Source of the DNA: Candidatus Omnitrophota bacterium | GTDB taxonomy: Bacteria > Omnitrophota > Gorgyraeia > Velamenicoccales > JABMQK01 | Assembly (NCBI GenBank): GCA_028711115.1 | Contig: JAQTSV010000001.1 | Location: 1,304,928 to 1,368,927 of the forward strand | DNA: 64,000 nt | Direction: 5' to 3' | Shown: positions 45,515 to 56,323 of the stretch, in pieces | Numbering within the stretch: position 1 is the first letter of the stretch | Layout: each line of letters starts with the position of its first letter | The notes under the pieces: model-generated | What the model saw: the letters and a program-made list of their open reading frames with translations, nothing else | Database searches by the model: none | Told to the model about the DNA's origin: nothing | Position numbers and translations under genes: made by a program

Positions 45515-46826
45515 CTAAGGCAAACATTAATTCTGCCTCGGCTACAATATTGCCATCAACGCTGGCCTGTCCCAGTAACTGGCCGACCTTGGAACGAATT
45601 TTACCAACCTGAACTTCAATGACAAGCTGATCCCCAGGAACAACTGTCTTTCTGAATTTTGCATTATTTATAGACATAAAAAATGCCAATTTGCCTTTGT
45701 TTTCCGATAGGCTGAGCATCAACACGCCGCCAACCTGGGCCATTGCCTCTACGATTAAAACTCCCGGCATAACCGGCTTACCCGGAAAGTGCCCGTTAAA
45801 AAACAGCTCATTCACCGTAACATTCTTTATGCCGACGGCGCGCTTGCCTTCTTCCAGCTCAGTAATCTTATCTACAAGAAGAAACGGATAACGATGAGGC
45901 AATATGCGCATTATATCCTGGATATCCAATTCTGTTCCTTTAATTTCCAGAGGAGATTGCGCCTTAAGCGCTGCCAGATTCTGTTTTTCTATAGACTTAT
46001 AAATCTTTTTCACTACCTGATGATTAAGAAAGTGCCCGCTTCTTACTGCGACAAAATGCGCACTGACCGGCCTGCCCAAAAGATACAAATCGCCTATAAG
46101 GTCCAGAATCTTATGGCGTAAAAACTCGTCTTCAAAACGCAATTTATTTTTTACCACTCCCTTATCGGAGACAACCAGCGTATTGTCGTAGTTGGCACCT
46201 CTGCCGAATCCCTGCCCCAACAGTTTATTCGCCTCACTTTCAATAACAAAAGTTCTGCTGGATGCAATCTCTTTTTCAAACACATCACGATCCAAATCTA
46301 TATTCAAATACTGAGTCTTTAGAAATGCAGAGTTGTAGTGGTGCAGCGTATAAGAAATCCTGAATTTCGGCGACGGCAGGGCGCAAAGATATGATTCCCC
46401 TTCCTCCGCCCAGACCGGTTCTTTCAAAACAAGTACTCTTCGCTTTGCAGCCAATTCTTCAATTCCGGCCTGCTTTAACAATTTGCTAAAGTCTGCGGAA
46501 CTTCCGTCTAATGCAGGAACTTCGCAATTATCCATCTCGATTATAACATTGTCTATATTTAAACCCGACAAAGCAGCCATAAGATGCTCAATAGTATGAA
46601 TCTGAACATCCTTGAAACCTATGGACGTCTGCCTTAAATTCGTGTGTCCATCTAAAACAGAATCCGGCTCTGCCTTAATCACCGGAGAATTTGGCAAATC
46701 CACTCTTTTAAATATAATCCCTGCATCTATACCGGCAGGTATAAATTTTAAAGTAACAGGATTGCCTGTATGAATACCTTTACCTTTAACTTCTATTGCT
46801 TTTTTTACTGTTCTTTGATTTTCCAT
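45504..46826 (-). CDS. lpxC/fabZ: Bifunctional UDP-3-O-acyl-GlcNAc deacetylase / 3-hydroxyacyl-ACP dehydratase (LpxC-FabZ fusion)
   Basis: N-terminal LpxC ([17 protein letters not shown]...) and C-terminal FabZ hotdog domain ([13 protein letters not shown]...[13 protein letters not shown]). Confidence 0.92.
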   Translation of the reverse strand: MENQRTVKKAIEVKGKGIHTGNPVTLKFIPAGIDAGIIFKRVDLPNSPVIKAEPDSVLDGHTNLRQTSIGFKDVQIHTIEHLMAALSGLNIDNVIIEMDNCEVPALDGSSADFSKLLKQAGIEELAAKRRVLVLKEPVWAEEGESYLCALPSPKFRISYTLHHYNSAFLKTQYLNIDLDRDVFEKEIASSRTFVIESEANKLLGQGFGRGANYDNTLVVSDKGVVKNKLRFEDEFLRHKILDLIGDLYLLGRPVSAHFVAVRSGHFLNHQVVKKIYKSIEKQNLAALKAQSPLEIKGTELDIQDIMRILPHRYPFLLVDKITELEEGKRAVGIKNVTVNELFFNGHFPGKPVMPGVLIVEAMAQVGGVLMLSLSENKGKLAFFMSINNAKFRKTVVPGDQLVIEVQVGKIRSKVGQLLGQASVDGNIVAEAELMFALVDE

Positions 46827-47862
46827 GTTTTGTATTTTTCTTCGGCTCTATCTTATCCAGACGCGCCTTAAGCTCTGCTACCGTCTCATTTAGACGCGGC
46901 AGGCGCTGAATGTAGGCGTTAATTTTAGTCGCCTCTTTATGCGGCTTAGCAGGATAACCGGAAACAAAATTATTGGCAGGCACAGATTTTGTCACTCCTG
47001 CCTGTCCGCCGATAATAACATTATCGCCGATTGTTATATGCCCTGACAGACCTGCCTGGCCGGCAATGGTAACATTATTGCCGATACTAACGCTTCCTGA
47101 AATACCGACCTGTGCCACGATAATGCAATTTTCTCCGGTAACAACATTGTGGGCAATGTGAACTAAATTATCTATCTTGGTTCCTTTGCCGATACGCGTC
47201 TTATCGAAACGCGCTCTATCAATGGCAACATTTGCACCAATCTCCACATCATCGTCTATCACAACACAGCCTAATTGCGGTATCTTATGGTGAACTTTAT
47301 CTATCGTATCGTAGCCAAATCCATCTGAACCAATAACCGTGCCGTTATGTATAATTACCCTGTTGCCGATAGATGTCTTTTCTCTTATCGAGACATTGGA
47401 ATAGACAAAGCAATCTTCTCCTATAGAAGTATCATAACCAATGTATACGCCGGAATTAATAATACTTCTGTCGCCTATACTTACCCCGTCCTCAATCACA
47501 GCATAAGGACCTATAGCTATATCCTTACCCAGTTTTACATCCTTGCCTAAAACAGCACTGGGATGCACGCCTTTATTACAAATATTTTTGGGAGGATTGA
47601 ATAAAGATACTACTTTGGCAAACGCCAGCGAGGGATTATTGGTTTTTACTACGGGCCTGGAAAATCCTTCAATCTTAGCTGAAGCTATAACTGCTGACGC
47701 CTTAGTTTCGTTAATAAAAGGTAGGTATTTGGGATTGCTTATAAAGGTGATGTCACCTTTTTTTGCCTCTTTAACTGAAGCTACGCCCGTAATTACCACA
47801 TCGGGATCGCCTATTACCTCGGCCCCTAACAGGTCGGCGATCTCTCTTAAAAGTTTCTTCAT
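46786..47862 (-). CDS. lpxD: UDP-3-O-acylglucosamine N-acyltransferase
   Basis: LpxD N-domain plus hexapeptide repeats. Its lysine-rich C-terminal tail overlaps the lpxC start by 41 nt. Confidence 0.92.
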   Translation of the reverse strand: MKKLLREIADLLGAEVIGDPDVVITGVASVKEAKKGDITFISNPKYLPFINETKASAVIASAKIEGFSRPVVKTNNPSLAFAKVVSLFNPPKNICNKGVHPSAVLGKDVKLGKDIAIGPYAVIEDGVSIGDRSIINSGVYIGYDTSIGEDCFVYSNVSIREKTSIGNRVIIHNGTVIGSDGFGYDTIDKVHHKIPQLGCVVIDDDVEIGANVAIDRARFDKTRIGKGTKIDNLVHIAHNVVTGENCIIVAQVGISGSVSIGNNVTIAGQAGLSGHITIGDNVIIGGQAGVTKSVPANNFVSGYPAKPHKEATKINAYIQRLPRLNETVAELKARLDKIEPKKNTKHGKSKNSKKSNRS

Positions 47863-48386
47863 TAGCTCTTTTTGTAATTACCATTAAGTATCTTTACTAT
47901 TCCCTCGGTAATATCCATAGCGTTGTTGCCGTATAAAAGCGTCCTGCCGTTGAGAATCAGGTCGTAACCTTTATCTTTCGCCATCTTCTCGACAACTGCC
48001 TGTATATCTTTTAATACTTCTTTCAATTTCTCATCTCTATCTTTTCTCAAACTTGCCTCTGCCTTGCTCTGATATTCCTGTAGCTCTTTCGCCATGCCAT
48101 CGATTTCTGCTTCTTTCTTCTTCTTTTCTTCGTCGGAAAGCAAAGGTAATTTATCCTGTATTGCTTTTATAGCTTCCACCTTCTTGTCAATCTTTACCTG
48201 CTCTGCCTTCTGGGCTTCTTCAAGCTTTGCATCAAAATCTTTTGTCTTGTTATAACCATCAAAAACTACGGCTAAATCCACATAAGCTATCTTATTATCT
48301 GCAGCAAAACTATTGCTCAATAAGAAAACACCGAGCATAAATACTGCTAAAGTTAAGATCGCTATTAATCTACCGTGTCCTCTCAT
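47862..48386 (-). CDS. skp: Periplasmic chaperone Skp (OmpH)
   Basis: A signal peptide and a long coiled-coil, positioned between bamA and lpxD. Confidence 0.8.
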   Translation of the reverse strand: MRGHGRLIAILTLAVFMLGVFLLSNSFAADNKIAYVDLAVVFDGYNKTKDFDAKLEEAQKAEQVKIDKKVEAIKAIQDKLPLLSDEEKKKKEAEIDGMAKELQEYQSKAEASLRKDRDEKLKEVLKDIQAVVEKMAKDKGYDLILNGRTLLYGNNAMDITEGIVKILNGNYKKS

Positions 48387-48444
48387 ACTATTCCTCCTTG
48401 TTTATAGACAATAATTTTAAAACTTCTGGTTGATAAAAACTAAC

Positions 48445-50856
48445 CTAAAATGTTCGGCCTAAGCTAAAATGAAATCTGCCTTGTTTGGTCTCTTCTCCGG
48501 GTTCCTTATTCAGAGGAAAGCCGTAATCCAACTTCATAGGCCCGAGAGGAGTTTTTATCCTCACACCGAAACCAATGCCTGATTTATAATCGCCTGAACC
48601 AAAATCCCCCACCTTGGACCAGACATTTCCCGTATCAAAGAAAGTGGCTAATTTAATAAATTCTATCAAAGAATAGTCATATTCTATGGTGGACAATAAA
48701 ACTGATTCTCCGCCTATATTATTTCCATAGGCATCAATAGGGCTGACCTTTCGTTCACCGTATCCGCGGATAGTATCTGCGCCTCCGGCGTAAAACCTTT
48801 CATATATCGGTACATCATTGGTATTGCCGTAGGTAAATAATAAACCACCCTGCAATTTCATCTCTATTACAGATTTCTGCCCCACGCTTAAATATGTATC
48901 GCCTATACCGTATAACTTCATAAAATCTTTATCGCCGCCCAATGGCCCGCCAAAAGGTTCGACATAGCCGCTTAAAACAGTTCCCTTGGTAGGATTGAAT
49001 ATATTATCACGGGTGTCTCTGGTCAGGCTGAACTCTATGCTGCTTAAATCAGTGGTGCCGACTTCATTCTTTAAATCTGCTGTCTCCTCGTCCGGGACAT
49101 CGGAAATAGTAATTTGTTCTAATCTGTAGGTCACGCCTCCTTTGAGATACTCGGAGAATTCTCTGCCCAAACGTAAATCTCCGCCGGTGCGCTTTTCGCT
49201 ATAGCTATAACCTACATTCTTTTCGCGGTCATGTACTTTTCTATAAGCATCAAAACCAAAAGACAACGGCTGGTCAAATAAATATGGTTCTGTGAAACTC
49301 AACAGAAAATCTTCCATTACCGAACCCAATTCAGAACGCAAAACCAAATCCTGCCCGCCGCCGGTAAAGTAGGGAAAATTAAATAAATCAAAGTTCCTCT
49401 GTTCTATCTCTACAAAGCCTACGAGCTGATCCACTGTGGAGTATCCGCCGCCAAAACTGAAACTGCCGGTCTGTGCTTCCTTCACATCCACAACGAGATT
49501 CTCGGTATTCGGCTTTGAGCCTTCCTCGGTATCAAAAACAACCTCTTCAAAATAATTTAAATTATCCAGCCTCTCTTTGCTGCGTTTTAGCTTTTCTCCG
49601 TCAAACTTATCTCCGGGCTTAAGACGAATCTCCCTGCGTATAACCTTATCCTTGGTTTTGGTATTGCCTCTTATATCTATGCGGTCTACATATCCTATTT
49701 CATTTTCTACTATATTATAAGAAACAGAGACTTTACCTGTCTGCAGATCCGCAGAAGCAGATTCACTAATCTGTGCGAATATATACCCTTTGCTTAAGTA
49801 AAATTCGCGCAGATTATATACATCTGTCTGCAATGCTATCTCGCTGTAATATTTACCCGGCGTAGCTTCCTTTAATTTGCTCATTAATTCTTCTTTGCTG
49901 AAATCTTTGTTGCCTCTGATGTCTACGCTTCCTACCGTATATCTTTTACCCTCATTTATTATAATATGAAGATAAATAAAACCCTTCTTGCCGTATTCTA
50001 TTTTTGAATCCACTGTGGCATCGGCAAAACCCTCGGTGTTATACAGGATTTTTATGCGTTCCAAATCATCCTGTAACTCGCCTTCCTTCAGGAATCCCGC
50101 ATGGAATATCTTGGCCTGCCGCGTCTTCATTACCTTTATAATTTTATCTCTTTTTATATGGTCGTTACCTTGTATATAGACCCTCTTGATTCTTTGTCTG
50201 GTATTTTCTTTAACATCAAAAGTGACTGTGGCTTTGCCGGTTGTTTTATCTGTTGTCACATTATAATTTATCTCTGTATCGGCATAGCCTTTCTTCTGGT
50301 ATTCACTTTTAATGCTGGCTACGTCTTCCTTGATCAGATTGTAATCCAGGTATTGATTGGCCTTGGTCTTTAGCGTCTTTCTTTCCGTCAAATCTGGCCT
50401 TAAAATACGCATGCCTTTTATAACAACCTTTTCCACGACAGGTTTTTCCACGACGCTGATTATGACTTTTAATCCGTCCGCCTCTTCCTGCGTATCGATA
50501 CTGACATCGCTAAAAAATCCGGTTTCATATAAGCGCTTTATATCATCTTTGGAAACGCGGGGATAATAAGGCTGATTAGTCCGTGTCTTTATCTTGGAAA
50601 GGATTGTGGAGACGCTTATTACTTTGTTGCCTTTAATTTCGATATTCTTGATTAATTTCTGGCTCTGGGCTTCCTGAGTCTCAGCTTTATTCGCTTTCGT
50701 ATCGGAATCTGACTTTGGGGAAGAAACTTTCTCTGACTGCAAATTGGAAAGTTTATCCGGAGATTTCTCATCCAGCGGATAAGCAAAAGTAGTGAAATTA
50801 AAAATTAGTACTGCGGATAAAAAAAATAAAGTCTTCTTCATTGTTAGTTGTTTCAT
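48445..50856 (-). CDS. bamA: Outer membrane protein assembly factor BamA
   Basis: POTRA repeats plus an Omp85 beta-barrel with a C-terminal aromatic residue (…FSLGRTF). The start is set at the ATG at 50856, which has an AAGGA Shine-Dalgarno. Confidence 0.9.
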   Translation of the reverse strand: MKQLTMKKTLFFLSAVLIFNFTTFAYPLDEKSPDKLSNLQSEKVSSPKSDSDTKANKAETQEAQSQKLIKNIEIKGNKVISVSTILSKIKTRTNQPYYPRVSKDDIKRLYETGFFSDVSIDTQEEADGLKVIISVVEKPVVEKVVIKGMRILRPDLTERKTLKTKANQYLDYNLIKEDVASIKSEYQKKGYADTEINYNVTTDKTTGKATVTFDVKENTRQRIKRVYIQGNDHIKRDKIIKVMKTRQAKIFHAGFLKEGELQDDLERIKILYNTEGFADATVDSKIEYGKKGFIYLHIIINEGKRYTVGSVDIRGNKDFSKEELMSKLKEATPGKYYSEIALQTDVYNLREFYLSKGYIFAQISESASADLQTGKVSVSYNIVENEIGYVDRIDIRGNTKTKDKVIRREIRLKPGDKFDGEKLKRSKERLDNLNYFEEVVFDTEEGSKPNTENLVVDVKEAQTGSFSFGGGYSTVDQLVGFVEIEQRNFDLFNFPYFTGGGQDLVLRSELGSVMEDFLLSFTEPYLFDQPLSFGFDAYRKVHDREKNVGYSYSEKRTGGDLRLGREFSEYLKGGVTYRLEQITISDVPDEETADLKNEVGTTDLSSIEFSLTRDTRDNIFNPTKGTVLSGYVEPFGGPLGGDKDFMKLYGIGDTYLSVGQKSVIEMKLQGGLLFTYGNTNDVPIYERFYAGGADTIRGYGERKVSPIDAYGNNIGGESVLLSTIEYDYSLIEFIKLATFFDTGNVWSKVGDFGSGDYKSGIGFGVRIKTPLGPMKLDYGFPLNKEPGEETKQGRFHFSLGRTF

Positions 50857-50898
50857 TATAATCCTTATTTTGTGAAAAGTAAATATCAAATTTTATTT

Positions 50899-52257
50899 TT
50901 ATTCTTCCATCGCCTGAGTTAAATTCTCAAAGCGGGTATATTCCTTGATAAAAGAAAGCTTGAGCGAACCCACAGGGCCGTTTCTCTGCTTGGCGATTAT
51001 TACTTCTGCCTGGCCTTTATTTTCTATTGTGGGATTATAATATTCTTCCCGCAAGAGCAATATAACCACATCCGCATCCTGCTCAATGGCGCCGGATTCA
51101 CGCAGGTCGGACAGCTGCGGACGATGGTCGGTGCGAGACTCCACTGCTCTGGATAACTGGCTTACAGCAACAATGGGAACATTCAGCTCTCTGGCCAAGG
51201 CTTTTAACGAACGGGAGATTTCAGAAATTTCCTGCTGGCGGTTCTCCCCTTCTCTGGGAGTACGCATAAGCTGTAAATAATCAACAAACAAAAGTTTGAT
51301 ATCGTGATGGGCTTTTAATCTTCTTGCCTTTGCGCGTAATTCCATGATGGATATGGCTGCGGTATCGTCTATAAATATGGGGGCTTCGGATAATTTTCCT
51401 GCTGCGGCGGTAAGATTCGGCCAGTCAGAAGTGGAAAGATAACCGCTCCTTACCTTATGTACGTCGACTTTTGCATGCGAACAGAGCAGGCGCTGGACCA
51501 ATTGTTCCTTTGACATTTCCAAACTAAAAAATGCCAGCGGTATATGCTCTACCACGCCTGCGTATTCGGCGATACTTAGCGCCAAGGCGCTTTTACCCAT
51601 AGACGGCCTTCCGGCAATTACAATCAAATCCGACATCTGCAGGCCAGCCGTCTTCAGGTCGAAATCGATAAAGCCCGTGGGCACGCCTGTCACGTGCGCC
51701 TTCTGCTGATAGAGCTTGTCTATTGTCTCGATACTGTCTTTTATTATATCCTTAAGAGAAATAAGGTTACCTTCAATTCTGCTGTCTGCAATTTTAAAGA
51801 TTGTCCTCTCTGCCTTATCCAAAACCTCGTCGACATTGGCCTCTGCCTCATAAGAATCCGCAACAATCTGTGTGGCGTTATTTATTAAAGACCTCAGTAT
51901 GCTTTTTTCCTTAACTATTCTGGCGTAGTGCTGGACATTTGCGGCTGTGGGCACGGCGTTGGTAAGCATGGTAAGATAACTGACGCCGCCTATCTCTGCC
52001 AAATCGCCGTTCTTGGTCAGCTCCTCAGTCAATGTAATCAAATCCACTACTTTATTTTTATTGAACAGATTTACCATACTGGAAAAAATCTTTTTATGGA
52101 TATTTTTATAGAAACAACTCTCATCTATCATTTCTATGGCGTAGTTTATGGCCTCTTCCTCAATAAGCATCGAACCCAAAACTGCCATCTCTGCGTCGGT
52201 GTTTTGAGGCGGTACGCGCTCGATAGATTTTTCTTTGATTTGTTCTTTCAGTTCCAT
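50899..52257 (-). CDS. dnaB: Replicative DNA helicase DnaB
   Basis: An N-terminal DnaB domain and a RecA-like domain with Walker A GRPSMGKSA. Confidence 0.97.
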   Translation of the reverse strand: MELKEQIKEKSIERVPPQNTDAEMAVLGSMLIEEEAINYAIEMIDESCFYKNIHKKIFSSMVNLFNKNKVVDLITLTEELTKNGDLAEIGGVSYLTMLTNAVPTAANVQHYARIVKEKSILRSLINNATQIVADSYEAEANVDEVLDKAERTIFKIADSRIEGNLISLKDIIKDSIETIDKLYQQKAHVTGVPTGFIDFDLKTAGLQMSDLIVIAGRPSMGKSALALSIAEYAGVVEHIPLAFFSLEMSKEQLVQRLLCSHAKVDVHKVRSGYLSTSDWPNLTAAAGKLSEAPIFIDDTAAISIMELRAKARRLKAHHDIKLLFVDYLQLMRTPREGENRQQEISEISRSLKALARELNVPIVAVSQLSRAVESRTDHRPQLSDLRESGAIEQDADVVILLLREEYYNPTIENKGQAEVIIAKQRNGPVGSLKLSFIKEYTRFENLTQAMEE

Positions 52258-52305
52258 TTTATTCTATGCGGAATTTTTATGAATGCGGCTAAATAAAAAT
52301 ATAAT

Positions 52306-52746
52306 TTATTTCTTCACAATCCAGATTTTAATTTTTGTGCTTACCTCGGGATGCAGCTTGGTTTCCACTTCGTATATGCCTAATTTCTTAATTGGCTGCT
52401 CCAGCAAAATATCGCTCTTATTTACAGGAATATTCTCCTCTTCCAATGCCTTGGCAATTTCTAGGGCAGTCACCGAACCATAGAGGTTGTCGTCATTGGC
52501 CTCAGCGGCAATGGTACAAGAAAAATTCTTAAGCTTTTCCGCCAATTCCTGGGCTTTGCCTTTCTCCGTCTTTTTATCCTGCTCAATTTTTTTCTTTTCC
52601 TGCTCAATCTTGACAACGTTATCCTTTGTGGCCGCTAAAGCAAAACCATTGGGCAGGAGAAAATTTCTGGCAAAGCCGTCCTTTATGGAAATTATATCTC
52701 CGCGCTTTCCTAATTTTTCTATATCTTTTCTAAGAATTACTTTCAT
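52306..52746 (-). CDS. rplI: 50S ribosomal protein L9
   Basis: [19 protein letters not shown]...; typical L9. Confidence 0.95.
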   Translation of the reverse strand: MKVILRKDIEKLGKRGDIISIKDGFARNFLLPNGFALAATKDNVVKIEQEKKKIEQDKKTEKGKAQELAEKLKNFSCTIAAEANDDNLYGSVTALEIAKALEEENIPVNKSDILLEQPIKKLGIYEVETKLHPEVSTKIKIWIVKK

Positions 52747-53039
52747 ATATATCTTGTGTATGGCATAAGCGAAAGAAATCTAGCGCGCTTAATCACAGCG
52801 GCTATTATTCTCTGGTGCCTTGCGCATGTGCCTGTATTACGCCTGGAGAGAATTTTCCCTCTCTCACTAATCAGTTTTTCCAGCACATTTAAATTCTTAT
52901 AATCTATGTCCTTGACTTTGTCTTTACAAAAACGACAATACTTCTTCCTCATTATGATAAAAGAGCCTTTCTCTTCTATCTTTTTGCCAAACCGGTCGTA
53001 TCGCTTTTTGGTTTTTTCCTTTTTCTTCATCCTCATCAT
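52743..53039 (-). CDS. rpsR: 30S ribosomal protein S18 with a basic N-terminal extension
   Basis: The S18 core (KKYCRFCKD...[21 protein letters not shown]). An alternative start at 52952 would remove the 29-aa extension. Confidence 0.9.
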   Translation of the reverse strand: MMRMKKKEKTKKRYDRFGKKIEEKGSFIIMRKKYCRFCKDKVKDIDYKNLNVLEKLISERGKILSRRNTGTCARHQRIIAAVIKRARFLSLMPYTRYI

Positions 53040-53053
53040 AATTTATATCCCCT

Positions 53054-53518
53054 TTAACTTGGTTGTTCGTCCATTTCCTGAGGCCACGAAACCTCACTGA
53101 GCTCGTCTGGCACTGCGCCTGGCTTGCCAGAATTGATTTCCTCTACTGCCTCTACATTATTATCTTTTACCTCGGACTTTTTCTGATTGGCGTTATCCAA
53201 AAATACCACACGGTCGGCCCTGACTTCTATGACGCTCCTGTTCTTGCCTTCATTATCCTTCCATGAACGCGACTGCAATCTTCCTTCTATCAGAACAGAA
53301 CGGCCTTTCTGCAGATATTGATTGCAGGTCTCTGCCTGTTTATCCCAGACTACTATATTTACAAAACAAGCATCCTGTTTCAGTTCGCCTGAACGGTCCT
53401 TAAAACGATGGTTCACTGCCAGCCTTAAATTTGCCACAGCCATGCCGCTGGGCGTGTAACGCAGTTCCGGATCACGCGTTAAATTACCTATCAAAAATAC
53501 CTTATTTAAATTCGCCAT
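53054..53518 (-). CDS. ssb: Single-stranded DNA-binding protein
   Basis: OB fold (NKVFLIGNLTRDPELRYT) and an acidic C-terminal tip. Confidence 0.95.
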   Translation of the reverse strand: MANLNKVFLIGNLTRDPELRYTPSGMAVANLRLAVNHRFKDRSGELKQDACFVNIVVWDKQAETCNQYLQKGRSVLIEGRLQSRSWKDNEGKNRSVIEVRADRVVFLDNANQKKSEVKDNNVEAVEEINSGKPGAVPDELSEVSWPQEMDEQPS

Positions 53519-53520
53519 GC

Positions 53521-53844
53521 TCAGACTCCTCCTTTAACTTCTTCCTTTGCTGTAATTAAAAATCTTAAAATATTTTCATTCAAGCGAAGGGCAGCGTTGA
53601 TATTCTTTATCTCTTCGGTTGGTGAATCAAAATCGATTAAATAATAGAGGCCCTCATTAAATTTTACTCCCTTTCCTTTTAAGGAAAGTTCAAAACATAA
53701 TTTACGTTTTTCCATCCATATATCAGCGCTGTTAATCTTGACTTTGAATTTATTCAAAGTGTCTTTTAGCTGAGTAAACATACTTGTTTTCTCAGCATCG
53801 TTTAAATCCGGCCTTAAGATAAACATTACTTCATATTTACGCAT
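53521..53844 (-). CDS. rpsF: 30S ribosomal protein S6
   Basis: MRKYEVMFILRPDL...; the conserved rpsF-ssb-rpsR-rplI order. Confidence 0.9.
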   Translation of the reverse strand: MRKYEVMFILRPDLNDAEKTSMFTQLKDTLNKFKVKINSADIWMEKRKLCFELSLKGKGVKFNEGLYYLIDFDSPTEEIKNINAALRLNENILRFLITAKEEVKGGV

Positions 53845-53901
53845 TACTTTTAGCCTCCTTAATTAATATTGCAAACGTTACGCTGTTTTAGCAATCTGAT
53901 T

Positions 53902-54462
53902 TTAATTGAATTCATTCATCGCCCTATCTATGCCAAACTCAACCCAAACTTCACAAGCACTGGCTATTTTTTTCAATAAAGACATTATAATTTTTGCTTC
54001 CTGTTTAGAAAAACTGGATAATACGTGATCTTTTGTTTCCTGCCTGCGGGAACTTCTGCCGATGCCTAATTTCAGACGATTGAAGTCCTGACTATTCAAT
54101 GCCTTTATTATGGATGCGATTCCTTTGTGACCGCCGGAGCTGCCTTTTTTCTTGAATCTCATCTCACCTAAATCTAAATCCACATCATCATGAACCACCA
54201 GTAAATCTGCAGGGTTTATCTTTTTGGCGCGCAGCAACAAACTTACCGCTTCTCCGGAAAAATTCATATAAGTATTGGGCATAGCCAACAGACATTCATT
54301 ATTCAGAATATCTATATGTGCCAGGCGACTTTTTAAAGAACGGTCTAATTTTAATTTTACTTTATATATCTTGGCAATTGACTTTACGCTCTTTGCTCCT
54401 AAATTATGCCTGGTATTTTCATAACTTAATCCGGGATTGCCCAGACCAACAATTAATTTCAT
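53902..54462 (-). CDS. pth: Peptidyl-tRNA hydrolase
   Basis: MKLIVGLGNPG...TRHN signature. Confidence 0.95.
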   Translation of the reverse strand: MKLIVGLGNPGLSYENTRHNLGAKSVKSIAKIYKVKLKLDRSLKSRLAHIDILNNECLLAMPNTYMNFSGEAVSLLLRAKKINPADLLVVHDDVDLDLGEMRFKKKGSSGGHKGIASIIKALNSQDFNRLKLGIGRSSRRQETKDHVLSSFSKQEAKIIMSLLKKIASACEVWVEFGIDRAMNEFN

Positions 54463-55217
54463 TTCTTGCCGGGAGCCCCTTCCTGAGGTTTCTTTTCCTG
54501 CTTCTTCTCTTCTTTCTTTTCTTCTTCCTTTCCTTCTTTTTCTTCGCCTTCTTCTGCTTCTGCTTTTTCTTTCTTGATTACTTCGGGTTCAGTAGGAGCT
54601 GCACCTTCCGGAACCTCTGTTACAATTTCTTCTTTCTTAGGTGCCATCAATGTAAACACAATCGTATCTTGAGTAGTTAGTACCTTTGCGCCCTCTGGCA
54701 CTGTTAAATCTTTGACCTGGATAGTATCGCCTATCTTCATATTGCTAATATCTACTTCTACCTTCTCGGGAATCGCCGTAGGCAGACACTCAACTTCCAA
54801 TTCCCAGAGAACATGCGTCAATACGCCGCCCTCCTGCTTTACGCCTATTGCCTCGCCTTTGGGCCGCACAGGAACCTTGATTACTATTGCCTTGGTCAGA
54901 GATATTTCGTTAAAATCCACGTGCAGAATATTTTCCTGCACAGGATGGAATTGCATCTCTTTTATCAAAACAGATTTCTCTTCCTGGTGATCCTTGCTTT
55001 TTTCTTTCCCGGCAAACCTTAAGGTAATTATCATATTCTCTACGCCGTGATGCGTATGTATGAACTTAATTAATTGACTACGATCTATTTTTATGGCAAT
55101 TGATTTTGCGCCTTCGCCATAAACAACCGCTGGCACAAAGCCGGTTCTTCTTAAGGCATTTACTTTATTTTTTCCCACTTCTTCTCTGGGCAGGCAATCC
55201 AAATATACCTTTTCCAT
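54459..55217 (-). CDS. rplY: 50S ribosomal protein L25/Ctc with an E/K-rich tail
   Basis: L25 N-domain plus Ctc C-domain, followed by a ~50-aa low-complexity E/K tail. Confidence 0.9.
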   Translation of the reverse strand: MEKVYLDCLPREEVGKNKVNALRRTGFVPAVVYGEGAKSIAIKIDRSQLIKFIHTHHGVENMIITLRFAGKEKSKDHQEEKSVLIKEMQFHPVQENILHVDFNEISLTKAIVIKVPVRPKGEAIGVKQEGGVLTHVLWELEVECLPTAIPEKVEVDISNMKIGDTIQVKDLTVPEGAKVLTTQDTIVFTLMAPKKEEIVTEVPEGAAPTEPEVIKKEKAEAEEGEEKEGKEEEKKEEKKQEKKPQEGAPGKK

Positions 55218-55285
55218 AACTTTATTTTCTCCTTTGCATCTAAGAATTTATCATTGCAGATTTCACCGTACTAAAAATAAATTAC

Positions 55286-56227
55286 CTATTCCTCAAATAA
55301 ACAGCTTATAGATTGTTCAGTGCGTATTCTCTTTATCGCTTCTGCTAACAATTCTGCCACTGATAACACTTTAATCTTCTTTATTTTCGCGGAAGAAGGA
55401 AGTGGTATTGTATCAGTTATCAATAATTCTTTCAAGAAAGATTTTTCTATTTTGCTTATTGCATCTCCGGACAAAACTCCGTGCGTAATTGCGGCATATA
55501 TTTCCTTTACGCCCCGGCTGTGTAAAGCAGCGGCCGCCTCAATTAAAGAACCGCCTGTAGCAACTAGGTCATCTACGATAATTGCTGTTTTAGCGTCGAC
55601 ATCACCCAACAGATGCATGACTTCAGTGCTTTCCGGAGAAATTCTGCGCTTATCCAAAATAGCCAATGTTGCCCCTAACCTCTTGGCATAAGCACGGGCC
55701 ATCTTTATACCGCCCACATCAGGAGCGACTACGACTATATTTTTCAATTTCTTTTTATTCTCGAAATAATCTACGAATACATTTACGGCAAAAAGATGGT
55801 CCAGCGGAATATCGAAAAAACCCTGGATTTGACCGGCGTGTAAATCCATAGTAAGGATTCTATTTGCGCCGCTAACTGTAAGCAGATTGGCCACAAGTTT
55901 TGCGGTGATGGGGACGCGCGGCTGATCTTTACGATCCTGCCTAGCATATCCATAATAAGGCATTACAGCTGTAATTCTCCAGGCAGAAGCCCTTTTCAAG
56001 GCATCTATCATTATCAGAAGTTCCATCAGATTATCATTAACCGGCGGGCAGGTCGGCTGAATTATAAACACATCTTTGCCTCTTACGTTGTCATTAACTT
56101 TTACACGAACTTCCCCCTCGCTGAAACGACTTACAAAGATGCTCGCTAATTTAGTCTTGAGCTTGGCTGCAATATCTTTAGCTAGTTTAGGATTTGCATT
56201 TCCGCTGAATATCATTACCTTGTCCAT
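55286..56227 (-). CDS. prs: Ribose-phosphate pyrophosphokinase
   Basis: DLHAGQIQGFF and the PRPP-binding loop VVDDLVATGGS. Confidence 0.97.
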   Translation of the reverse strand: MDKVMIFSGNANPKLAKDIAAKLKTKLASIFVSRFSEGEVRVKVNDNVRGKDVFIIQPTCPPVNDNLMELLIMIDALKRASAWRITAVMPYYGYARQDRKDQPRVPITAKLVANLLTVSGANRILTMDLHAGQIQGFFDIPLDHLFAVNVFVDYFENKKKLKNIVVVAPDVGGIKMARAYAKRLGATLAILDKRRISPESTEVMHLLGDVDAKTAIIVDDLVATGGSLIEAAAALHSRGVKEIYAAITHGVLSGDAISKIEKSFLKELLITDTIPLPSSAKIKKIKVLSVAELLAEAIKRIRTEQSISCLFEE

Positions 56228-56323
56228 AAAAACTCCTTCAATGAGCCCCGCCTGATATGCCGAGGCGAATTGAACCCCGCAGCTTTGTTTCGCAAATCGA
56301 AACAGGCAGGGTCAGGTTTAAAA

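Noticed and set aside
52952-53039. The possibility that the 29-aa basic N-terminal extension of S18 is a mis-called start.
   Set aside because: The question is not resolved. The upstream ATG has a plausible AAAGGGGA Shine-Dalgarno and leaves only 14 nt to ssb, so the long form was kept. The internal ATG at 52952 cannot be excluded without proteomic or comparative data.
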